From Ginkgo biloba (taxonomy: Eukaryota; Plantae; Ginkgophyta): a DNA stretch of 19,372 nucleotides. Numbering within the stretch: the stretch's first letter is position 1; every line of letters begins with the position of its first letter. The notes below the pieces were generated by a model. It was given only the letters and a program-made list of their open reading frames with translations. It had not been told where the DNA came from and did no database searches. Positions 10,935 through 19,372 of this stretch are shown here, in pieces. The DNA lies in contig JANKJI020000002.1 of the NCBI GenBank assembly GCA_024626585.2, positions 71,215,412 to 71,234,783 of the forward strand, read 5' to 3'. A program made the position numbers and the translations under genes.

Positions 10935-11472
10935 CTAGATTGGAATGTGAGAGGCTTGTTAGACCCTTGTCATGAGCTCTATTAGAAAATAAAAATGTGA
11001 TTTAAAAAATCTAGGTATTCTCCATCTCCAAGAGATCAAGGTGGTGGGGTTTAAGTTGAAAATTACCCTAAACTCAAAAACATAGGTATTCTCCGTCTCC
11101 AAGAGATCAAGGTGGTGGGGTTTAAGCTAAAAAATACCCTTAACTCAAAATGGCTAGGTTCCTATACTTTCTCATCTAAACATCCAAAGGAAAAAGGAGG
11201 TGTTAATATTCTTGTCCCCTTCCTTAGAAAATAGGTTCATTGAATGGGGATTGGACCCCACAAATAGGTTGATTGAGTCCTCCTTAGTTTGGATGATAGA
11301 GGTCTAGGGATTGCCAATGTTTATTCCCCAAATTTAGCCACTAATAGAACCAAGTGGTGGCACTGAATTGGGGATCATCTACCTCTAGCATGGTGTTATT
11401 TGGTGATTTCAACATGGTGGAGGGCAAAGAAAATAAGCTTGGTGGCCTAGCCTTGAAATTACTTTCTAATGA
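10935..11472 (+). mobile_element. Decayed L1-clade LINE ORF2 N-terminal AP-like endonuclease
   Basis: Motifs appear in the expected order: WNVRGL (10941), GIL(H/R)LQEIK (about 11014 and 11085), KGGVNILV, GIANVYSPN (about 11308) and LFGDFNMVE (GDFN 11402-11413), with stops and frameshifts. 10280-10930 may be a decayed ORF1, but I cannot support that. Confidence 0.85.
11012..11150. repeat. Tandem duplication with a 71 bp period inside the LINE endonuclease remnant
   Basis: taggtattctcc(a/g)tctccaagagatcaaggtggtggggtttaag... starts at both 11012 and 11083. Confidence 0.92.
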
Positions 11473-12752
11473 NNNNNNNNNNNNNNATTTGTTAAATATT
11501 GCACATAATTCGAGCCAGGAGACAAGTGAATCAAAGGAATTCATTTTCATTAAATAAGTGAATGTTTTTTTAAACATGTCTAAATCCGTTATCCACGGAG
11601 AATTACTCTAACTTCCATAACTTGAGGAAATGATTATTATCCAAGGTACCTAACATTAAATTAAATTAAGTCTAACTCTAACAGCTAGACTAATCCTTAC
11701 ATGTGACCANNNNNNNNNNNNNNNNNNNNNNNNNNNNNNNNNNNNNNNNNNNNNNNNNNNNNNNNNNNNNNNNNNNNNNNNNNNNNNNNNNNNNNNNNNN
11801 NNNNNNNNNAGAGAATCAAACATGATTCTCAACCACTCCACTGGAATATGATTTAAGTATGTTGCTCCAAGCAACCTCAAAATTCCATTACCATGCCTTC
11901 ATAGGCTCCTTTGACAACCTCAAATAAATCCACATTGGTAGTCACCTTTTCATTTATAGAAACTAAGGCTTCCTACATTTCTTCTTCAACGTTTGTCTTT
12001 CTTTTCAAGTTGAACCACTTCCTCTCTAATTCCAATTTTATTTTAAGCCCTTCATTTAGAATTCTAAATAAATATTAGATCAAATTTCCATTAATCCTTA
12101 GGTATTTTTTACCTAAGGTAATGTCACATATATTCATAGCATAAATCAACTCCTTAACTAGGGTTGTATTATGCACCAACCTTAAAACCATCAGAATTCT
12201 ATGAATCTAATAATTCTCAATCCACCCCTTGAATTTGTCTCCATTCTAGTTCAACTCATACCCAATGAAAACCTTAATGGATGATTTGTGGTAAATCTCC
12301 TAATCCTTAGGGATGGCATCATCCACAACCATGTTCTTAAAAAAATCCACTATAAAAATGGATCCAAAAGTTTTCTCAACCTATGTCAGACTCCTACTTG
12401 GTCTCATACAAGGATTGTCATCTAGCTACGTTGACCTCTATGGTTGGGTATATTGTCGAGGTGGTCACATTATCCATTGAAGTCATGTTGATAGGTCTAC
12501 TTTAGCTTATTAAATTTCTATGTTTACTGAAGAGATTTATGGTTTTGATGTAAACATAACTGTCAGAAAGTTTTTCTTTACTTGGATGGACGTTTCAATT
12601 TTTGAAAAATCACCTCTTCTTTATATTGTAAGATTGTTTCTGAGGCATGTCAATTATTAGTGAGATGTTTTGAACATTGCTTTAGTATTATGTATTTCCA
12701 TGTTTTTGTGTAAGGGATAATACATTACAAGCAATTGGTTTTGCCACTGCAG

Positions 12753-12851
12753 GTGTTGCTAAAAAATTTACCCCCAAACAGTGCCCTCATTGATGAAATC
12801 ATGGGATGCGTGAGGAACTTCCTTGTCGGAGAAGGCCTACTGTCAGGAGGA
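12753..12851 (+). CDS. VPS13X: Probable penultimate VPS13X-like exon; its 3' end falls in the gap 12852-13400
   Basis: ttttgccactgcag acceptor ending at 12752. Encodes VLLKNLPPNSALIDEIMGCVRNFLVGEGLLSGG. LKNLPPNS.LI.EI follows the YIEGYLQAMLD block in the homologues as I recall them. Confidence 0.85.
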
Positions 12852-13552
12852 NNNNNNNNNNNNNNNNNNNNNNNNNNNNNNNNNNNNNNNNNNNNNNNNN
12901 NNNNNNNNNNNNNNNNNNNNNNNNNNNNNNNNNNNNNNNNNNNNNNNNNNNNNNNNNNNNNNNNNNNNNNNNNNNNNNNNNNNNNNNNNNNNNNNNNNNN
13001 NNNNNNNNNNNNNNNNNNNNNNNNNNNNNNNNNNNNNNNNNNNNNNNNNNNNNNNNNNNNNNNNNNNNNNNNNNNNNNNNNNNNNNNNNNNNNNNNNNNN
13101 NNNNNNNNNNNNNNNNNNNNNNNNNNNNNNNNNNNNNNNNNNNNNNNNNNNNNNNNNNNNNNNNNNNNNNNNNNNNNNNNNNNNNNNNNNNNNNNNNNNN
13201 NNNNNNNNNNNNNNNNNNNNNNNNNNNNNNNNNNNNNNNNNNNNNNNNNNNNNNNNNNNNNNNNNNNNNNNNNNNNNNNNNNNNNNNNNNNNNNNNNNNN
13301 NNNNNNNNNNNNNNNNNNNNNNNNNNNNNNNNNNNNNNNNNNNNNNNNNNNNNNNNNNNNNNNNNNNNNNNNNNNNNNNNNNNNNNNNNNNNNNNNNNNN
13401 ACTTAAGGCTATATTATTTTGCAGAAGGAATGCCACTGCGCTTTTAGTTCAATTATTTTTACTTTCAAATGAAAATCCCTTTCATTTTTATTTTTTATTT
13501 ATTTTGCAGTTAATAATGATATATTTCTAATACTTCCATGGCACCTTTCCAG

Positions 13553-13891
13553 GAATGGCAAGTGGGCCCTGCATTTAAGGCTTTATGTGAACGACTCTTC
13601 ATTATTTTTGCTGTTCGAGCATTACGGAAGCAAACAAATAGGTTTTTGCACATAGATGACTCTAGTGGAAAAGGAGCCTCTACAGATCAGAAGGATGAAG
13701 TTGAATCAATTGGACTTTTCCACAAGAGCAAAGAGAGCGGAAAAGAGAAGAAACAAAGCCCAACTGGTGTACTTTACAATTTCATGTTGTCAAGTGCAGT
13801 TGCCTATATTGATGGAAGACTATGTCGTCACATACCAAATGCAGTCATAAGACAAATTGTTAGTGGCTTCTTGCTAAGTTTTGTGGAGTAG
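13553..13891 (+). CDS. VPS13X: Terminal coding exon of the VPS13X-like gene
   Basis: Branch-point-like CTAAT at 13527-13531, then an AG-free tract and a ctttccag acceptor ending at 13552. Encodes EWQVGPAFKALCERLFIIFAVRALRKQ...SAVAYIDGRLCRHIPNAVIRQIVSGFLLSFVE-TAG. The AYIDGRLCR.IPN...R.IVSGFLLSF terminus is recalled as characteristic of this family. Confidence 0.88.
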   Translation, partial: EWQVGPAFKALCERLFIIFAVRALRKQTNRFLHIDDSSGKGASTDQKDEVESIGLFHKSKESGKEKKQSPTGVLYNFMLSSAVAYIDGRLCRHIPNAVIRQIVSGFLLSFVE

Positions 13892-14278
13892 CTTTAATCA
13901 CNNNNNNNNNNNNNNNNNNNATTGTAAATGTGAACATTGCACTTAACGATGGATTACACATTCTGTATATACTATATATAATGTATATTCTTATACAAAA
14001 TTTGTAATATAGGGTTTTTAAAAGGATAGGTATTATTTTGGTAGCTACATCATCTACTCACACCTGGGAGTACCTTGATAAGCTCCAATCGCCGAAGCAT
14101 TTATTCAAGTTGTATGCAACTCTGACATTCAGATTTGATAACAAAATAGAGTTCTATTACTTCATGATTACTAGTGTCATAATATTTTGATGGAAGAGAC
14201 TATGTCTTGATTTGATTTGAGTCGGATCTAGTAATAAATAGCATTTCAACTTCAACCCAATCTGCAAATTTGTTTTCC
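13892..14278 (+). other. Probable 3' UTR / downstream region of the VPS13X-like gene
   Basis: Follows the stop codon. U/A-rich with TGTA and TATA elements (13923-14010) and an AATAAA at about 14233. The cleavage site cannot be determined from sequence. Confidence 0.4.
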
Positions 14279-14651
14279 NNNNNNNNNNTCTTAAAAAGTA
14301 AGGAATCCATTGTATAAAATTGAATAACCATAGAGGGTAGAGGGTACGTGCTGATATTTACCTCTGAATTCTTCTTTCTTATTAATATACGAAACCTCTT
14401 TTGTACAAAATCAGTCTATCATTTATAGCCTTGTCCAGGATAAAGTATTATGGCAGTTGTGTTCAAAACTCTGACCAACAATTATGTGAATCCTTCTTTC
14501 CTCTTAATATGCCCAACCTCAATACTTTTGATCCTCTATGCATTTTTCTTANNNNNNNNNNNNNNNNNNNNNNNNNNNNNNNNNNNNNNNNNNNNNNNNN
14601 NNNNNNNNNNNNNNNNNNNNNNNNNNNNNNNNNNNNNNNNNNNNNNNNNNN

Positions 14652-15480
14652 AGAAAATTAGTAATTTGATTATTGGAACCCTTATTGTACTTGATGACAA
14701 TATTGAATTGTTGTAAATAAGTCACCCATTTGAGATGCCTTATATTTTGCATCTTGGATTAAGTCTACAAATATCGAAGAGGCTTATGGTCAGCATGTAT
14801 AAGTCTACTCAACCACAACAAGATTTTCGAGGAAAAATGCCCCTTATTTTGATTGTGCCCTTTTCATATAATCCTATTATTCTCCCCTTCTCCCAAGCCT
14901 TCCAAATTGCTTGGAAGACCAATGAGTTTGTCAAGGTAATAATGAGACAATATTTGAATTCAATGCTCATGAGCTAATTTAAATGCCTTAGAATAACAAA
15001 TTGTTCCATCACAAGAAACAGGCAAAGAGGATGCTAAAACAACCCACTTCAAGTCTTGTAAGGAAAAGTGTTTTGAGTTTTCAAAGCATGCAATAGAGCC
15101 CTTGTGTAAATTAGTACTCAACTAGTCCTCATCTGTGACAAATGATTGCCCATTTTTTTTAAGCCTTGAATGCACTTAATATATATATATATATATATAT
15201 GATTTGACCAATTCCCATGATATGTTGTTATGCTATATTATTATTTAATCTTTCATATTCTTTTGATAACTTACATATTATTTCCTCATGAATGAGGGGG
15301 TCAGTTGGATGGACATGTTTTCTTTTAAGTATATAGTAGATGATTCATTTTTCCTCTTAGTGATCTCCTTTATTATTGCTCCATAGATCGATATACTCAT
15401 TTACACCTTTAAAACCCTTAACATTCACCTTCCTTTTGTTATCCCTTCCTACAAGAAGGGGCATTATATTCACATATTTT
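14652..15480 (-). mobile_element. Decayed Ty3/gypsy pol (RNase H clear; RT N-terminus highly eroded) downstream of the gene
   Basis: Minus strand at about 14800-14652: IHADHKPLRYL*T*SKMQNIRHLKWVTYLQQFNIVIKYNKGSNNQITNF, matching the RNase H pattern TDHKPL...RH.KW...LQQF...IKYKKG..N..AD. About 15400-15300, MSI..YGAIIKEIT...QL weakly resembles RMCIDYRALNKIT...LDQL. The element may extend to about 14290 and about 15900. Confidence 0.75.
15179..15200. repeat. (AT)11 microsatellite
   Basis: Direct reading. Confidence 0.95.
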
Positions 15481-16971
15481 GAGCAACCTATCACAATAGT
15501 ATATCGCTAATATTGGACCTATATTTGAATTCCTTCTTGATCTTGCGTTTAATCTTTATGTTAGAAGAGAGAAGGGACTCACCACCTAGCTCTTGGAGGT
15601 ATTTAATTGATAAAAAATGTTGACCATGTTTTTCGCTAAACTACAATACAATGTATGCAATAAAAGGTTTAGCACTATATATATTTCCATAGGCCTAATT
15701 TGTCTCATTAGCCTCTTGGCTTGTGTTCCCTAACATGTGTATAGTAAACATATAACCTATGGGTGCAATCATTGATTGACTAGATCTTCATACAGTTTTG
15801 TTCCTGTAAAAAATAAAATGTGTCATGTAAATAGAGTTCTATTTGGTTTTCTTCTATTTTAGAAAAAAACCTTCTGGATTTTATGAATGTATATATTTGT
15901 TAAGTGTGGCCTTTCCCTTATAGCCGTAATAATATAACACACCACTTAAGTACATTACTCCTACAANNNNNNNNNNNNNNNNNNNNNNNNNNNNNNNNNN
16001 NNNNNNNNNNNNNNNNNNNNNNNNNNNNNNNNNNNNNNNNNNNNNNNNNNNNNNNNNNNNNNNNNNNNNNNNNNNNNNNNNNNNNNNNNNNNNNNNNNNN
16101 NNNNNNNNNNNNNNNNNNNNNNNNNNNNNNNNNNNNNNNNNNNNNNNNNNNNNNNNNNNNNNNNNNNNNNNNNNNNNNNNNNNNNNNNNNNNNNNNNNNN
16201 NNNNNNNNNNNNNNNNNNNNNNNNNNNNNNNNNNNNNNNNNNNNNNNNNNNNNNNNNNNNNNNNNNNNNNNNNNNNNNNNNNNNNNNNNNNNNNNNNNNN
16301 NNNNNNNNNNNNNNNNNNNNNNNNNNNNNNNNNNNNNNNNNNNNNNNNNNNNNNNNNNNNNNNNNNNNNNNNNNNNNNNNNNNNNNNNNNNNNNNNNNNN
16401 NNNNNNNNNNNNNNNNNNNNNNNNNNNNNNNNNNNNNNNNNNNNNNNNNNNNNNNNNNNNNNNNNNNNNNNNNNNNNNNNNNNNNNNNNNNNNNNNNNNN
16501 NNNNNNNNNNNNNNNNNNNNNNNNNNNNNNNNNNNNNNNNNNNNNNNNNNNNNNNNNNNNNNNNNNNNNNNNNNNNNNNNNNNNNNNNNNNNNNNNNNNN
16601 NNNNNNNNNNNNNNNNNNNNNNNNNNNNNNNNNNNNNNNNNNNNNNNNNNNNNNNNNNNNNNNNNNNNNNNNNNNNNNNNNNNNNNNNNNNNNNNNNNNN
16701 NNNNNNNNNNNNNNNNNNNNNNNCTCCACCATATATTAAAGGAGTGTTTAGTGTTAAATATGATGGTGGTTAATTTTTCCAAAAGTTTTATTACCAAAAA
16801 CCACCACTTCCCCTTACAACGATAAATGGAAAACATACTTCAAAGGGTAAGAGGGTTCTTTAAGCACAAAATAGTTCATAATGTAGAAGATGCATAAATA
16901 AATCTTAAGAAGATACCATATCATAAACGATAATGCAATAAATTGAGAGAGAAGAATGNNNNNNNNNNNNN

Positions 16972-17300
16972 ACAGATAGGGTTTGGCATCATGGATGTTC
17001 TTTCTCCCCTTGTGATAGGTTAAGACTTCTCAAGATGAGATTCAAGGATTTGGAAGGTTCCATAGAAAATCCATAATGTGCATCCCCCCCCCCCTAAAGG
17101 GGAAGAAGAAATATGAACGTGATGTCAAGGCATAATAATGGAAGATCCCCCATTTTATCTTGTGTAAAAGGGATATATATAGGATGATGGCACCAAGGAA
17201 GGTCAAATTGGAAAGTGTGATGAGAGCATAACACATGGTACAAGATAATATCGGTGGGATGTAGGTAGTCATAAAAGGGCACTAAAAAGGGCCATACGAA
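16972..17300 (+). mobile_element. Possible highly eroded gypsy integrase C-terminal region and polypurine tract/LTR junction
   Basis: KIHNVH at about 17066 resembles the KIHNVFHVS motif. ggtgggaTGtagg at about 17253-17265 resembles a PPT followed by the TG LTR start. Weak evidence. Confidence 0.3.
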
Positions 17301-18349
17301 TGGCATTAAAAGATCCACTCCATATAAAACTCTATGAAAGAAGAATAACATAGAGTGTGATATTCACAATAATGATTGCTATATATTAGGGAAAAATTTA
17401 AACACAATGACAATGTTCAACTTAAGAAAGCATGCTTAAACACAAGATCTCACAAGTAAGGTAATGAAAGACCATGGAAAATAAGTTTCTATAGGATTCT
17501 GAAGGATAATCTAGAAAGTGACTTGTAGAAAGACCAAGACAAAAGTCTTTCCTTCCTCCTTGACCTTTTGCAAACATGATTAAATAGCATGTATCCCAAC
17601 TAGAACCACTAATTGTGACTCTATGACCAACAGTGGGTGGGAAAAAACTTTGTGGACTGCGTCGAACACCTCACATCAAGATGTGTGTGAAGAGTGATAA
17701 CAGAAAATAAATAATTCAAAAGTAAACTTTGTATTTCCATTTTATTTTCACAAAAAAGGAGATAACGGAGAATCAAGCAAACACATGCAACAAAAGAAAA
17801 TAATTCACTATTTTCCTTTACCACATCCCCCCAATAAACTATTTTTTTAACTACTCAAAGAGCAAAGAAGTGAGATAAGAGATTAACTTCCTCTAAGGTA
17901 ACTCCCAAAGGAATAGGAAGAAACATAAACAAAATGAAATCCTCTCTTTCACTATCTTTTATTTTCCCTTTCCTTTCACAAAAAGATTTGCAAAATAGAA
18001 AGATAAAATAACAATCAGAGAAAGGGAGAAAGAAATAGTCAATACAAAATTCTCAACTATAATCCTCTTATATAAACTTAAGAGAATAATAAGATTATGT
18101 ATGAAATTCTACCAAAAATACGATAGAGTTTCCCCTTAGCTTAACTAAAACGACCAAATTTCAAAATTGATGNNNNNNNNNNNNNNNNNNNNNNNNNNNN
18201 NNNNNNNNNNNNNNNNNNNNNNNNNNNNNNNNNNNNNNNNNNNNNNNNNNNNNNNNNNNNNNNNNNNNNNNNAACTATGTGCATATATCACAAAATATTA
18301 GTTCAACTTCACGATGATAGTTAAACCTATGAAGATCTCAAGATGGAAT

Positions 18350-19160
18350 AAGACTATCAAAGAATCATGATAAAACAAGAAGATGAAAAAATATAGAGGT
18401 GAAAATGGGATAAAATATGGGACAAGAACAATATTGAAGGTGGGATATGGTAACAATATGGAAGATGAAACAAAAATGAGATGGGAGGTGGGGAATGNNN
18501 NNNNNNNNNNNNNNTAAATAGTGATAGGAATGGGATATGAGAAAGCACATAAATAGAGAATGGAGATAGAATAGAGAATTAAGGTCATATAGGAATAGGG
18601 AACATAGAGGAGATAGGAATGATTCTATATGATATATTAAAAAAAAATTGTGTTCAACCAACCACCCCCCTAAAAACTATGGAAAAATAAATAATAACTA
18701 AGAGAGGGGGATAGATTAAATATAGGACAAGAATGATACAAGAGGTGGAAAATTAGAAAAGGGATAAACACATGGCATAAATGAGATAAGAGGTAGGGTA
18801 TGGGCTAAAGAATAATAAATAGTGATAGGAATAGAGATGAAAAATAGGAATGTGATGAAGATAGGATAAAAACGAAGAATAGAGATGGAAATATAGAATG
18901 AAGGTTAGACAAGAACAAGGAATAGAGGAGAGATATAAACAGAGGAAAGAGATGGGAGAAAAAATAGAGGCAGGAGATACGAACAAGATGCTGCGAGAAT
19001 AAAAATAGAAGATGGGTATATGATGGAAGATAAGAGAAGAATGAGACAGGAGGTGGGGGATAAGAAAAGAACAATATGGAAGACAAGAAACAAGATAAGG
19101 GATGGGACAAAAATAAGGGATAGAGATGGGAGATGGGATAGAAACTAGATGAGAGTAAGA
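18350..19160. repeat. Purine-rich degenerate low-complexity tandem array
   Basis: The + strand is dominated by A/G with very few C. Recurring units include taaatagtgataggaat (18515, 18816), ggaggtgggg (about 18484, 19049), aagaacaatat (about 18424, 19067) and gagatggg. Confidence 0.75.
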
Positions 19161-19372
19161 ATCATTTGAATTATGGCAATTATTTATCATGGCTCGAAGA
19201 ATAATATTCTCCTATTCAAAATCTATATAAGGAACACCAAAATTGGTCACTAAATGACCTTGGAAACACTCCTAGAAGATAGTGCATATTTTATCGCCTA
19301 AATTAGGGTTTCCACTTGTGGGTAGTAAAAATGAAGGGAAATTTGCCTATTTTTTTAATTTTTTGTGAAATA

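Noticed and set aside
13538-13552. ATG start for a standalone 117 aa protein (MAPFQ...)
   Set aside because: These bases are the polypyrimidine tract and AG acceptor; the frame is the terminal exon of a larger gene.
12735-16836. Long ORFs of 197-291 aa in the ORF track
   Set aside because: They consist almost entirely of N gaps; only 12753-12851 is real coding sequence.
18298-19190. Multiple hydrophobic membrane-protein-like ORFs on the minus strand
   Set aside because: They overlap in several frames and reflect pyrimidine-rich low complexity that lacks stop codons.
1-19372. A novel multi-gene biological system
   Set aside because: All recognisable coding signal is explained by one conserved host gene and degenerate TE domains; no intact unexplained ORF cluster was found. 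Roughly 2.5 kb of gaps cannot be assessed.

Overview
AT-rich, heavily gapped eukaryotic genomic DNA, most likely a large-genome land plant (gymnosperm-like by inference; the sequence cannot prove the taxon). The only intact host coding sequence I can support is the 3' end of a + strand spliced gene. It has four exons: 7775-7897, 8224->gap, 12753->gap and 13553-13891 (stop). The joined translation, VRGFRHGILKLAMEPS...DE|MYIEGYLQAMLD...|VLLKNLPPNSALIDEI...|EWQVGP...AYIDGRLCRHIPNAVIRQIVSGFLLSFVE*, matches from memory the C-terminus of plant VPS13X / At3g50380-like proteins. The rest is mostly decayed transposon sequence: three Ty3/gypsy remnants (gag plus zinc knuckle; gag-protease; RNase H/RT), a DUF659-type hAT transposase fragment, an L1 LINE endonuclease remnant, LTR-like repeat arrays and microsatellites. 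I found no convincing novel multi-gene system. The most unusual local signals are a perfect A-A'-A inverted triplication (2109-2182) and a zoned cluster of W-box, TGACGTCA and GTAC motifs (5273-5750) upstream of the first visible exon.
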